Origin: an uncultured Candidatus Saccharibacteria bacterium
GTDB lineage: Bacteria; Patescibacteriota; Saccharimonadia; QS-5-54-17
NCBI GenBank assembly: GCA_964415975.1
Contig: CAYQCN010000002.1
Coordinates: forward strand, 1-62,352
Direction of reading: 5' to 3'
Length of the DNA stretch: 62,352 nucleotides
In this document: positions 28,045 through 38,024 of the stretch, piece by piece
Layout: the number at the start of each line of letters is the position of its first letter
How positions within the stretch are numbered: position 1 is the first letter of the stretch
Made by a program: the position numbers and the translations under genes
The notes under the pieces: generated by a model
Database searches by the model: none
What the model was told of the DNA's origin: nothing
Seen by the model: the letters and a program-made list of their open reading frames with translations, nothing else

Positions 28045-29316
28045 ATGTTTGTCGATGAAGCAACAATCAAAGTCTTGGCTGGACGTGGTGGCGATGGCAT
28101 GTCCAGTTTTCGTAGAGAAAAATATGTGGCTAAGGGTGGGCCAGATGGCGGCGATGGCGGCGATGGCGGCAGTATTATACTGAAGAGCAACCATAACACC
28201 GATACACTTTCTGAGTTTCGTTATAGCCAGGAGATTAGAGCCGAAGACGGAGAAAAGGGCAAGAAATCTAGGGCGCACGGTAAAAATGGTCAAGACAAAG
28301 TTTTGAGTGTGCCGGTTGGAACGGTTGTATTTGAGGGCGATAATCAGTTAGCAGATTTAGACGAAGCAGGGGCAGAGTCTGTTGTTGCTCGCGGCGGTCG
28401 CGGCGGTTATGGCAACGCACATTTTAAGTCGTCTAGTCGTCAAGCTCCACGCATGGCTGAGCTAGGCGAGGCTGGCGAGATGAAGGAGCTTAGGCTTGAG
28501 CTTAAGACAGTAGCAGATGTGGGGCTAGTAGGGTTGCCTAACGCAGGCAAGTCGACTTTGTTGTCGGTGATTAGTAACGCCAAACCCAAAGTTGCAGATT
28601 ATCCGTTTACTACGTTGACTCCTAATTTAGGGGTGGCTAATATTTACGATGATTCGTTGATATTTGCCGATATACCCGGCTTGATTGAGGGCGCAAGCAA
28701 GGGTAAAGGCTTAGGAGTGGAGTTTTTGCGTCATGTTGAACGGACAAAAGTGTTACTGCATCTGATTGATGGCACAAGCTCCGACGTCTTGTCTGAGTAC
28801 TCGCAGATACAAGCTGAGCTTGCCAATTACGAAGTAGATTTAAGCTATAAACCGCAAATAATTGCTTTGACCAAAGCAGATTTTACTAGCGCCGAGTCTA
28901 TGGACTCTCATAGAGAGTTGCTAGCTGAAGCTGGGATTGATAAAGAGCATATATTTATTATTTCTAGTGTAGCCCGTAAGGGCATGCAGCCTTTGCTGGC
29001 TAAGGTTTTGGATGAAGTAAAAGTTCTCCGTAGCAAAGAGCAAGAAGTTGAAGACGAGATTGATGATGAAGGACCTACTATTACATTGGCAGACGATCCG
29101 GATGCATGGTGGATAGAAAAGGGCAGTGATGGAGAATTTATGGTCTACGGAGAAAAGATAGAGCGTTTTGCGGAGAGGACGGATTTTTCTGATTATGAGG
29201 CTATAAATCGTTTACGTGATATATTGCAAAAACAGGGTGTCGATCGTGAGTTAAAGCGTCAAGGGCTAAAAGCCGGCGATAAAGTTGGTATAGCTGGCAA
29301 GAAGTTTAGCTGGTAG
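28045..29316 (+). CDS. obg: GTPase Obg/CgtA
   Basis: FVDEATIKVLAGRGGDG Obg fold. G1 GLPNAGKST, G3 DIPGLIEGA and G4 TKAD. Confidence 0.95.
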   Translation: MFVDEATIKVLAGRGGDGMSSFRREKYVAKGGPDGGDGGDGGSIILKSNHNTDTLSEFRYSQEIRAEDGEKGKKSRAHGKNGQDKVLSVPVGTVVFEGDNQLADLDEAGAESVVARGGRGGYGNAHFKSSSRQAPRMAELGEAGEMKELRLELKTVADVGLVGLPNAGKSTLLSVISNAKPKVADYPFTTLTPNLGVANIYDDSLIFADIPGLIEGASKGKGLGVEFLRHVERTKVLLHLIDGTSSDVLSEYSQIQAELANYEVDLSYKPQIIALTKADFTSAESMDSHRELLAEAGIDKEHIFIISSVARKGMQPLLAKVLDEVKVLRSKEQEVEDEIDDEGPTITLADDPDAWWIEKGSDGEFMVYGEKIERFAERTDFSDYEAINRLRDILQKQGVDRELKRQGLKAGDKVGIAGKKFSW

Positions 29317-29403
29317 TTTAGCGGCACAGGCGCCTACTAGAAATAACAATTATACCTAACAATTTGCAATTCATAATATATTATATTTTAATATGGACTA
29401 ATT

Positions 29404-30015
29404 ATGAATGAATTAGAGACATATGCCAAAGACTACCGCTCGGGGTTTGAAGTCTTTTCTGTAAACGGCAGCCTTATCATAGAGAGGAGTGTGCAGCTTG
29501 AAAGTCAATCGGATTTGCTTCCCGCTAAAGCTATGGTTGCTCGGGCTGGCCAGTTTGTCGAAAATGTATCTGATATCAACTTATTCCAATTAGAGCCGAA
29601 GGTTAAAGTAGCCGATATTGAGTCTAAGCGCTCGCTACGAAAGTCTACAAGGCAGGGATTGGCGAACAGGCTACGAGAGCTAGCTGAATTCGATAAAGAT
29701 TACTTGAGTGATGAACTAATATTGCCTACCGATGATGTCGTTATGGACTTTGATGATAGGTATGGTGGCTTGCTGGCTGTTATAAAGCTACTTTTTGATC
29801 CATCTAGTGAGAGGGTTGAGACCGAGCACAGTATTTTACATGAAGTACTAGATTATAGTGATTTCAGCCATATTGGCAAGGTAGAAACTGAGTTATCAAT
29901 GCGTTTGGGCGCGGTTCACTTTTCAAGCCTACCAAGTGAAGCAAATATCCGCGATTATCTTGATTTAGTATTCGAAGAGTCGCCAGATAAAGTGGTATTA
30001 GACCCCTATATCTAG
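29404..30015 (+). CDS. Hypothetical 203-aa protein
   Basis: Stand-alone ORF flanked by 87-nt and 185-nt AT-rich spacers. No recognisable motif. Confidence 0.6.
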   Translation: MNELETYAKDYRSGFEVFSVNGSLIIERSVQLESQSDLLPAKAMVARAGQFVENVSDINLFQLEPKVKVADIESKRSLRKSTRQGLANRLRELAEFDKDYLSDELILPTDDVVMDFDDRYGGLLAVIKLLFDPSSERVETEHSILHEVLDYSDFSHIGKVETELSMRLGAVHFSSLPSEANIRDYLDLVFEESPDKVVLDPYI

Positions 30016-30200
30016 GTTATTAATGTCATGCATATGGATTTTAGGGCAATTTTGGCTTCATAAGATAATTATTTGGGCGACTTGCAAGGTTACGGTAGCG
30101 TTATCTCTGTATGTCGCTCTAGTTCTGTAGTAAAATATTTATTTGGCAATTGAAGCCAATTGAGGGTTAAGTCTAAAATTTTAGTGGGATTGAACAATAA

Positions 30201-33017
30201 ATGAGCCAGAATATTAGAATCAAAGGGGCTCGAGAGCATAACTTGCAAAATATTGATGTTGAGCTGCCTCGTAACAAACTGATAGTCATGACTGGGTTGT
30301 CAGGTTCAGGCAAGTCTAGTCTGGCCTTTGACACTATATATGCCGAAGGGCAGAGAAGATATGTCGAGAGTTTGAGCGCCTATGCCCGACAGTTTCTAGG
30401 CATGATGGAAAAGCCTGATGTAGATCAGATCGAAGGTTTGAGTCCGGCTATATCAATTGATCAAAAATCTACTAGTCGCAACCCGCGTTCTACGGTAGCT
30501 ACGGTGACAGAAATTCATGACTATTTGCGGCTACTTTATGCTCGAATTGGGTCGCCCCAATGCTTGGTTTGCGGCCAAGATGTTATTAGACAATCATCAA
30601 CGCAGATAGTAGACAATATTATGAATTTCAAGCCACAGACACGCTTGATATTGCTTGCGCCAGTAGTTATAGACCGCAAAGGAGAATTTCGCCATATACC
30701 TCAAGAACTGAAAAAGTCTGGTTTTGCTAGAGTGAGGGTTGATGGCGTTACTTATGATATAGATGAGTTTCCTGCTTTAAAAAAGCAGCACAAGCACACG
30801 ATTGAAGTGATCGTTGATCGTTTAGCCATAAGTGAGGACGTGAGAGGTCGGTTGAGTGAGTCGGTAGAACAGGCTCTTGATTTGGCCGATGGCACAATCA
30901 AGGTTTTTGAGGCTGATGATGATGTTGAGCATACTTACAGTGATCGTTTCGCCTGTCCTCAGCACCCTAGCTCCCCTACCGTAGATATGGCTCCGCGTAG
31001 TTTTTCTTTCAACTCACCTCATGGTGCCTGCCCGACCTGTATGGGCTTAGGCGTGCAGTACAAGATTGATCCTGAGCTAGCTATTCCTAATCACCGGCTA
31101 ACAATCGCCGAAGGAGCAATACGCCCCTGGGCTTGGGGGAGGCAAGAGCGTTGGTATTTGCGGCGCTTGCAGGCGGTAGCAGATGCTTACGGGTTCTCTT
31201 TAGATACTCCCTGGCAAGATTTAGGTGAACCTGAGAAACAGCTTTTGCTTTACGGGGCAGAAGAAGACGAGCGCTTTGTAGTTCGCATGGGTCGGGGAGG
31301 CCGTAAAGTGCAGAGTAAATTTGAAGGTGTAATACCTAACTTGCAGCGTCGTTATCATGAGACAGACTCCCAATTTCTTAAGCGCGAGATTGAGAAGTAC
31401 ATGCGGGAACAGCTATGTCCTGACTGTGAAGGCGCGAGACTGAAGCCGGAAGTACTGGCCGTGAAAGTGGCGGGGCGGTCTATTGTCGATGTTGCAAATA
31501 TATCGATTGGTGATGCAAAAGAATGGTTTAGCAATATCGAGCTTGATGAGCGGCAGTTACATATTGGTGGGCAGATTTTAAAAGAGATAAACGAGCGGAT
31601 AGGTTTTTTGTGTGATGTCGGTCTAGAGTACCTGACTCTCAACCGGAGCGCCACCACTCTATCTGGTGGCGAGGCGCAACGTATTAGACTGGCAACCCAA
31701 ATAGGTTCTCGTTTGACAGGTGTATTGTATGTACTTGACGAACCATCGATTGGTCTTCATCAACGCGACAACAAGCGTCTGATAGAGACTCTGACTAGGT
31801 TGCGCGACCTTGGCAATACGATAATTGTAGTAGAGCACGATGAGGAGACTATCCGCACTGCTGATGAAGTATTAGATATCGGTCCCGATGCTGGCGAAAA
31901 TGGTGGCCGGATTGTGGCCCAGGGCAACCCTGACGAGATAGCCCAAAATAGCAAAAGTCTCACTGGTGACTATTTGTCTAGTCGCAAAGTTATTCCATAC
32001 AAAAAGAAGCGACGAAGTGGCAACGGCAAAGAGTTGAGAATTGTGGGCGCAAGAGAGCACAATCTAGATGATATCGATGTCGTTCTGCCTCTTGCTAGGT
32101 TTGTAGCAGTTACCGGTGTTTCTGGTTCAGGCAAGTCGTCTTTGATTAATGACATTGTGGCTAAACACTTGAGTATGCGCTTGCATCGAGCAAATGACAT
32201 CCCCGGCGATCATGACGATATAGAGGGCGTGCAGCATTTAGACAAAGCTATAACTATAACTCAAAGTCCGATTGGGCGCACCCCTAGATCTAATCCGGCG
32301 ACTTACACCAATGTATTCGCGGACATTCGAAGCTTGTTTGCTCAAACCCCAGAAGCTAGAATTAGAGGCTATAAAGCCGGTAGGTTTAGCTTTAATGTTA
32401 AGGGCGGTAGGTGTGAGGTTTGTCGTGGCGATGGCATGCTGAAGATAGAGATGCACTTTTTACCCGATGTATATGTGCCATGTGAAGAGTGCGGCGGCAA
32501 GCGATACAATAAAGAGGCGCTGGAAATCCACTACAAAGGCAAAACGATTGCCGATGTGCTAGAGATGACCGTGGATGAAGCTTCCATCTTTTTCGTAAAT
32601 CAGCCGAGTATAAAAAGACGAATGGAAACTTTGCAGCGAGTTGGTTTGGGTTACATACGTCTAGGTCAGCCAGCTACAACCCTGTCTGGTGGCGAAGCTC
32701 AGCGAATAAAGTTAGCAACAGAGCTTTCACGTCGTAGTACGGGCAAGACTATGTACATTTTAGACGAGCCGACTACAGGGCTGCATTTTGCCGATGTGCA
32801 GCGTCTACTAGACGTTCTGGGAGAGCTTGTAGATGGCGGTAATACTGTTTTGGTGATAGAGCATAATTTAGATGTGATAAAGTGCGCCGATTGGATAGTA
32901 GACTTAGGCCCTGAAGGTGGTAGTGACGGCGGCAGGGTTGTAGCTGAAGGTAGGCCAGAGGATGTAGCGAAAATCGATCAATCTTATACAGGGCTATTCC
33001 TAAAAGAGGTACTTTAA
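30201..33017 (+). CDS. uvrA: Excinuclease ABC subunit A
   Basis: 938 aa. Two ABC modules ([27 protein letters not shown] x2) and zinc-finger CxxC pairs. Confidence 0.97.
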   Translation: MSQNIRIKGAREHNLQNIDVELPRNKLIVMTGLSGSGKSSLAFDTIYAEGQRRYVESLSAYARQFLGMMEKPDVDQIEGLSPAISIDQKSTSRNPRSTVATVTEIHDYLRLLYARIGSPQCLVCGQDVIRQSSTQIVDNIMNFKPQTRLILLAPVVIDRKGEFRHIPQELKKSGFARVRVDGVTYDIDEFPALKKQHKHTIEVIVDRLAISEDVRGRLSESVEQALDLADGTIKVFEADDDVEHTYSDRFACPQHPSSPTVDMAPRSFSFNSPHGACPTCMGLGVQYKIDPELAIPNHRLTIAEGAIRPWAWGRQERWYLRRLQAVADAYGFSLDTPWQDLGEPEKQLLLYGAEEDERFVVRMGRGGRKVQSKFEGVIPNLQRRYHETDSQFLKREIEKYMREQLCPDCEGARLKPEVLAVKVAGRSIVDVANISIGDAKEWFSNIELDERQLHIGGQILKEINERIGFLCDVGLEYLTLNRSATTLSGGEAQRIRLATQIGSRLTGVLYVLDEPSIGLHQRDNKRLIETLTRLRDLGNTIIVVEHDEETIRTADEVLDIGPDAGENGGRIVAQGNPDEIAQNSKSLTGDYLSSRKVIPYKKKRRSGNGKELRIVGAREHNLDDIDVVLPLARFVAVTGVSGSGKSSLINDIVAKHLSMRLHRANDIPGDHDDIEGVQHLDKAITITQSPIGRTPRSNPATYTNVFADIRSLFAQTPEARIRGYKAGRFSFNVKGGRCEVCRGDGMLKIEMHFLPDVYVPCEECGGKRYNKEALEIHYKGKTIADVLEMTVDEASIFFVNQPSIKRRMETLQRVGLGYIRLGQPATTLSGGEAQRIKLATELSRRSTGKTMYILDEPTTGLHFADVQRLLDVLGELVDGGNTVLVIEHNLDVIKCADWIVDLGPEGGSDGGRVVAEGRPEDVAKIDQSYTGLFLKEVL

Positions 33018-33469
33018 TGGAGCGGTCTCCCTGCCAGCAGCCCGCGTTGTATTTAGAGGGTTATCTTTTCTTGGTCCATGCTGTTCGTCATCCAGAGTGG
33101 GCGCAGGTAGAAATCGCAAACATCCTTGATTGCGATGAAGCATCGGCCAAGTCTTTAGTTCCTGATTTCCAAGACCCTGAAAATATACAAAAAACTTTAG
33201 CTCAACCATTAATTAACTGCCTACTAGAAGCTGCAAGATACTTAAACTTGCCTGCTGACCAAGATTTGGACGAAGCCGATATCGAGTTATTGGCGGCATT
33301 TAGTAAAGGGGTATGGGTAGAGGCTAAAGACGAGTCTAAGGATTTGGACTGTTATGACGTATCAAACCCACTTGGAGACAAGAAAGTGGTTGATGATTTA
33401 TGGCACTACAACCAAGATCACCGGCACTCGCTACCGGATGTTGATACTCTGCTGCGAATCAATTCTTGA
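33017..33469 (+). CDS. Hypothetical 150-aa protein with a possible HTH, coupled to uvrA
   Basis: TAATG overlap with uvrA. Segment PEWAQVEIANILDCDEASAKSLV resembles a sigma-r4/LuxR-type HTH. Acidic C-terminal half. Confidence 0.55.
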   Translation: MERSPCQQPALYLEGYLFLVHAVRHPEWAQVEIANILDCDEASAKSLVPDFQDPENIQKTLAQPLINCLLEAARYLNLPADQDLDEADIELLAAFSKGVWVEAKDESKDLDCYDVSNPLGDKKVVDDLWHYNQDHRHSLPDVDTLLRINS

Positions 33470-33485
33470 TGATATAATATAGTTT

Positions 33486-34370
33486 ATGCAAAAAATAATT
33501 TTATACTACAAGTTCGTCGATATATCTGATACGGAAACACTTAAATTTTGGCAACGCAATCTGTGCGAGCGCTTCAATCTAAAAGGCAGAATTATAGTGT
33601 CTGAGCAGGGTATAAACGGTACGCTTGGCGGCCATATCGATGACGTTAAGTCTTATGTTAAGGAGATGAATACGCATACAAAATTTAAAGGCATAGATTA
33701 CAAATGGAGCGATGGTGTGGGCAATGAATTTCCGCGTTTAAGTGTTAAGGTTAAGCCTGAGCTAGTCGCTTTCAAAAGCCCAGAAGAAGTAAAGGTTGAT
33801 AAATCTGGAGTTATAGGCGGGGGTGTTCATCTTAAGCCTCGTGAGGTTCATGAGCTGATTGAAGAACGAGGCGACGAAGTGGTATTCTTCGACGGAAGAA
33901 ATCGCTACGAAGCTCAAGCTGGTAAATTTAAGAAAGCTGTTGTGCCAGACACTGAGACTACTAGAGATTTTCTGTCCGAGTTGGACAGCGGCAAGTACGA
34001 CCACCTCAAGAATCGACCGATTATAACCTACTGCACTGGTGGAGTACGTTGTGAAATATTGAGTGTATTGATGAAGAATCGTGGATTTAAGGAGGTGTAC
34101 CAGATAGATGGCGGTATAGTGCGCTACGGCGAGGAGTACAGCGATGACGGCTACTGGGAAGGGACCTTGTATGTGTTTGATGACAGGATGATACAACGAT
34201 TTTCGGATAAAGCTAAAGATATAGGCGAATGTAATCACTGTGGCGGCAATACCAGCAACTATGAAAACTGTGCCAATAAAGCCTGCAATAAGTTGATTAT
34301 GATTTGTGAGTTATGTCATGAGCAAGATGTCTGTAGTCAGCAATGCTCGGCGGCGTTGCAGAGGATTTAA
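33486..34370 (+). CDS. trhO: Rhodanese-domain protein of the UPF0176/TrhO family (tRNA U34 hydroxylase-like)
   Basis: N-terminal 'ILYYKF' ACT-like part, rhodanese loop YCTGGVRCE, and a Cys-rich C-terminal tail. Confidence 0.85.
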   Translation: MQKIILYYKFVDISDTETLKFWQRNLCERFNLKGRIIVSEQGINGTLGGHIDDVKSYVKEMNTHTKFKGIDYKWSDGVGNEFPRLSVKVKPELVAFKSPEEVKVDKSGVIGGGVHLKPREVHELIEERGDEVVFFDGRNRYEAQAGKFKKAVVPDTETTRDFLSELDSGKYDHLKNRPIITYCTGGVRCEILSVLMKNRGFKEVYQIDGGIVRYGEEYSDDGYWEGTLYVFDDRMIQRFSDKAKDIGECNHCGGNTSNYENCANKACNKLIMICELCHEQDVCSQQCSAALQRI

Positions 34371-34454
34371 GTAATCTAGAGGTCTAGGTAAGTTTTTAGG
34401 TGCGTTGCAATGTTACAATTTTTACTATAATTATAAATTATGGAGGTTAGGTAT

Positions 34455-34883
34455 ATGGGCAGAAAAGTAGTATTTGCTGCATTGGTAGCCGTGTTGGCGG
34501 TAGGTGTTGGAGCTTGGGTGTTTATCGGCCTAGACGATAATGGCAACGAGGTTGATGGTGTAGATCAAGATGAGTTAGCAACGGAAACCTCAGACGGGAG
34601 CGATATTGAGGCTGACATAGAGGTCGTCTATGATGGTTCGTCTTTCAGCCCTTCAGAAGTGACAATTAATTCGGGTGATGCAGTTGCATTTATAAATGAG
34701 AGCGATTTTGGTATGTGGCCGGCATCGGATCCTCACCCTCAACACACAGACCTTCCAGAGTTTGATTCTGGCCGCAATCTAGAGCCAAGTGGGGTTTATG
34801 AATTTACTTTTGATGAGCCGGGTGAATGGGGTTACCACAATCACACCAACTCAACTGTCACTGGCACAGTAGTAGTAGAGTAA
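34455..34883 (+). CDS. Membrane-anchored cupredoxin-fold protein lacking the type-1 Cu cysteine
   Basis: GGAGG SD 9 nt before ATG 34455. TM helix, then a paralog-like alignment to 43899-44390 (VTINSGDAVAFINES..., YEFTFDEPGEWGYHNH) but with no Cys. Confidence 0.65.
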   Translation: MGRKVVFAALVAVLAVGVGAWVFIGLDDNGNEVDGVDQDELATETSDGSDIEADIEVVYDGSSFSPSEVTINSGDAVAFINESDFGMWPASDPHPQHTDLPEFDSGRNLEPSGVYEFTFDEPGEWGYHNHTNSTVTGTVVVE

Positions 34884-34892
34884 GCTATTAGT

Positions 34893-35522
34893 TTACTCAA
34901 ATAGTCGTTTTAGCTTGGAGCGTAGTGGTCCTTGCAAGTGACGCATTGCGCTTCGCATCGGATAGCCGCGAGCGTCTTGTGGGCCATACCCATCGACTAT
35001 TGCTGTTGGTATGCCGGTTTTTAAATAGGCTAGGTAGTCTGTAACGCCATCTCCCACTCCAATCGTTACTTCAGGCCTAGCCCCACGCTCTTTTATTGCT
35101 TGACGTACTAGGGTGCTGCCTGGCTTCATGTCGGTGATACTCGCTGGTACGGCGACAGTGTCCGCCTTTATGGCTGTAGCTCTAGACTTTGCCAGGTCAA
35201 GGTCTGGATTATTTGATACAAGGGCAATTTCTTCAACATAACCCTGTTCACGAATATCGTGTAGTTTTTGGGTAGTTGAGGCGGGCGCTAACTCTTCGTC
35301 GTGAGGGAAGACAGTGTTGTCTCCATCGATTATTAGTAGGCGTAAGTCTAGTTTTTGGTGGTATCGCTCAAAATTGAGCGCCTCAACAGAGCTTCGCACT
35401 TCAACTATACCTATACTTTCTAGTGCTAGCTGGCCTAAAGTTGCCCCAATCGTACCTATAGCTTCAGGCGTAGGTGCGCTAGATGCCTCGAATCCGGTTG
35501 TCTTGGCTGATTTTGACTCCAT
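34893..35522 (-). CDS. HAD-superfamily phosphatase (subfamily IIIA/YqeG-like)
   Basis: Motif I LIIDGDNT, motif II VSNN, and motif IV GDGVTD. Confidence 0.8.
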   Translation of the reverse strand: MESKSAKTTGFEASSAPTPEAIGTIGATLGQLALESIGIVEVRSSVEALNFERYHQKLDLRLLIIDGDNTVFPHDEELAPASTTQKLHDIREQGYVEEIALVSNNPDLDLAKSRATAIKADTVAVPASITDMKPGSTLVRQAIKERGARPEVTIGVGDGVTDYLAYLKTGIPTAIVDGYGPQDARGYPMRSAMRHLQGPLRSKLKRLFE

Positions 35523-35600
35523 AGACAGTTTATACAGTAGTATTTTGGTCTTGACAATAAAATAGTATTATTCCGCTGATTGCGGTACAATACAAATATA

Positions 35601-36368
35601 ATGAAAAAATCTAAAAAACCGCTTATAGAAGTACAAAACTTGCGTAAGCTTTACCATGGTCGTCTAGCAGTCGATGGAGTGGATTTCAAGGTTGAGCGAG
35701 GTGAGATTTTTGGCATATTAGGCCCCAATGGTGCTGGCAAGACAACTACTCTTGAAATGATAGAGACTATGCGCCCAATTGATGGAGGCGCTGCCAGTAT
35801 TGATGGCATTGATGTAGCCTCTCAGCCACAACAGATAAAAGAATCTATAGGAGTGCAACCCCAAACCGCATCATTTGAAGAAAAGACTAAGCTTGTAGAG
35901 CTGCTCAATTTTTTTGCATCAACTTATGGGCGTAAGGTCGATGCCAAGCATCTGTTAGAAGAGGTGCAGCTTGAAGACAAGGCACAAGAATACCCCGAAA
36001 ATCTCTCTGGTGGCCAACTTCAGAGATTCTCAATCGCCACGGCACTAGTTAATAATCCAAAAGTGTTATTTCTAGATGAGCCAACAACTGGACTCGACCC
36101 TCAAGCCAGGCGCAATCTTTGGGATTTGATAAAGCGGATTAGAGATAGAGGCGTTACTATCATACTAACCACCCATTACATGGAGGAGGCAGAGTTGCTT
36201 TGTGATCGTGTAGCCATAATGGATGAAGGTAAGATAATAGCTATTGACAAGCCGGATAAGTTAATAGGAAAACTGCTAAAAAAGGGATTCAAAAAAGAGA
36301 AGCGCGTAGAGCAGGCCGATCTGGAAGATGTGTTTATAGATTTAACCGGCAAGGAGCTGAGAGACTGA
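35601..36368 (+). CDS. ABC transporter ATP-binding protein (ABC-2/DrrA-like)
   Basis: Walker A GPNGAGKTT, signature LSGGQLQR, and Walker B LFLDEPT. Confidence 0.9.
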   Translation: MKKSKKPLIEVQNLRKLYHGRLAVDGVDFKVERGEIFGILGPNGAGKTTTLEMIETMRPIDGGAASIDGIDVASQPQQIKESIGVQPQTASFEEKTKLVELLNFFASTYGRKVDAKHLLEEVQLEDKAQEYPENLSGGQLQRFSIATALVNNPKVLFLDEPTTGLDPQARRNLWDLIKRIRDRGVTIILTTHYMEEAELLCDRVAIMDEGKIIAIDKPDKLIGKLLKKGFKKEKRVEQADLEDVFIDLTGKELRD

Positions 36369-36369
36369 T

Positions 36370-37476
36370 ATGGGCAAGTTGTTGCCAGTTTTTACATTTG
36401 CCAGCATAGATATTAAACGCCTGTTTAGGGATAAGTCTGGAATATTTTTTATTTTTGTATTTCCATTAATTTTACTGTTAGTGTTTGGAAGTGTGTTCGG
36501 AGGAGACCAGGACATAACTTTTAGGGTAGCACTAGAAAATGATTCGGATACCGATATAGCAGCGATGTTTGTCGAGCAGATTGAGGATAGCGATATCTTT
36601 GAGGTTGATGAAGATATAGGCAATGACACTGATGGCCTAGATGCCATCAGGCGAGGTTCTATCGACGCTATCATAACTATGCCCGAAGATTTTGGCGAGA
36701 CGGATGTGGATTTAGGATATCCAACAGGACAGGCCGAGGTAATTTATGATGGAGGCAATGAACAGGCTGGAGCTACCCTTAACTCTATATTGAGCAGTAT
36801 ATTTGCAGACATCAATGACGAAATTGCTCCGACAGAGACACCATTCCAGGTGGCGATTGAGCCAACTGATGATGAGGGTCTGACCACTCTTGACTATATA
36901 TTTCCGGGACTTTTAGGGTTTACGATACTGTCTTTGGGTGTATTTGGCCCAACCACGGTATTCCCTAGAATGAAAGAGAAGGGTATATTGAGGCGATATC
37001 ACACCACGCCGATCAAGGTTTGGCAGTATTTTGCAGCTAATGTAATCAGCAATGCCCTGATAGGCATCTTAGCTGTTGGAGTCATGTTTGCGGTAGCCTT
37101 GGCATTATTTGATGTGAGCATGCGCGGAGATTATATTAGTTTACTTCTGCTTACTGTACTAGGAGCGGTCGTATTGTTTGGCGTTGGTCTGGCAGCCGGT
37201 GGTTGGGCTAAGAATGAAAATCAGGCTGCGCCACTTGGTAATTTGGTGGCTTTCCCGATGATGTTTTTGAGTGGCGTGTTCTTTCCTCGGTTTGTGATGC
37301 CCGAGTGGCTACAGTCTATTTCAGATTTTCTGCCGCTAACACCTCTAATAGACGGATTGAGGCTCATAATTGCAGAAGGTCAAACCATCCTTCAGATTGG
37401 CACTGAGTTGGCTATGCTGTCGGCATGGCTGGTTGTCATATACATAATTGCGTTCAAAGTCTTTAGGTGGGAGTAG
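36370..37476 (+). CDS. ABC-2 type transporter permease
   Basis: Starts 1 nt after the ATPase stop. One N-terminal TM helix, a large acidic loop, and about 5 C-terminal TM helices. Confidence 0.85.
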   Translation: MGKLLPVFTFASIDIKRLFRDKSGIFFIFVFPLILLLVFGSVFGGDQDITFRVALENDSDTDIAAMFVEQIEDSDIFEVDEDIGNDTDGLDAIRRGSIDAIITMPEDFGETDVDLGYPTGQAEVIYDGGNEQAGATLNSILSSIFADINDEIAPTETPFQVAIEPTDDEGLTTLDYIFPGLLGFTILSLGVFGPTTVFPRMKEKGILRRYHTTPIKVWQYFAANVISNALIGILAVGVMFAVALALFDVSMRGDYISLLLLTVLGAVVLFGVGLAAGGWAKNENQAAPLGNLVAFPMMFLSGVFFPRFVMPEWLQSISDFLPLTPLIDGLRLIIAEGQTILQIGTELAMLSAWLVVIYIIAFKVFRWE

Positions 37477-37715
37477 GTTTAGGCATTATTTAAAAAAACA
37501 ATAAAACTACTTACTGTGCATAGACTGACGCTTTTTAATACCTGATATTTATAAGACTATTTGGCTGTGCTATACTTAGTCTCACTAGAAGGAATGCTGC
37601 TTTTTCCGGTTTCTAGGGCAACTATAAGTGATAAATTTCTGGCAGGGAGCAGCTAAGTGTGTGCGCCAAAGTACCCTTACCCGATAACAGAAGAGAAGAA
37701 AGGTGCACATAAATA

Positions 37716-37967
37716 ATGGCACAGAAACTATTCGTCGGATCGCTAGACTACAGCGTCACCGACCAACAACTTAACGACTTGTTCGCAGAATGCGGCACAG
37801 TTGAATCAGCTAAAGTAATTATAGACCGAGAAACTGGTCGTTCACGCGGATTCGGCTTTGTCGAAATGAGCAGCGAAGATGAGGCCAAGGCTGCTATCGA
37901 AAAGTTTAATGGTCAAGAGCACGAAGGCCGTACTCTTGTAGTTAACGAAGCTCGACCTAAACAATAA
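37716..37967 (+). CDS. RRM-type RNA-binding protein
   Basis: RNP2 LFVGSL and RNP1 RGFGFVEM. 83 aa. Confidence 0.9.
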   Translation: MAQKLFVGSLDYSVTDQQLNDLFAECGTVESAKVIIDRETGRSRGFGFVEMSSEDEAKAAIEKFNGQEHEGRTLVVNEARPKQ

Positions 37968-37986
37968 AACTTGTTTTAGGCGATAT

Positions 37987-38024
37987 AAAGCAGCTTGCAA
38001 ATTTGCAAGCTGCTTTTATTTTTA
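37987..38024. terminator. Bidirectional Rho-independent terminator between convergent genes
   Basis: AAAGCAGCTTGCAAA/TTTGCAAGCTGCTTT perfect palindromic stem with T-runs on + and A-runs upstream. Confidence 0.75.

Noticed and set aside
28130-28170. Tandem GATGGCGGC 9-mers.
   Set aside because: They encode the GGDGGDGG glycine-rich repeats intrinsic to the Obg N-terminal fold. This is not a regulatory or hypervariable repeat.
30173-30184. Looked for a shared SOS/LexA-type operator upstream of pcrA, uvrA and uvrB.
   Set aside because: Each has an A/T palindrome: TACAAAA-N8-TTTTGTA for pcrA, CTAAAATTTTAG for uvrA, and TTTTATATAAAA at 53437-53448 for uvrB. The half-sites and spacing differ, and none matches GAAC-N4-GTTC or CTGT-N8-ACAG.
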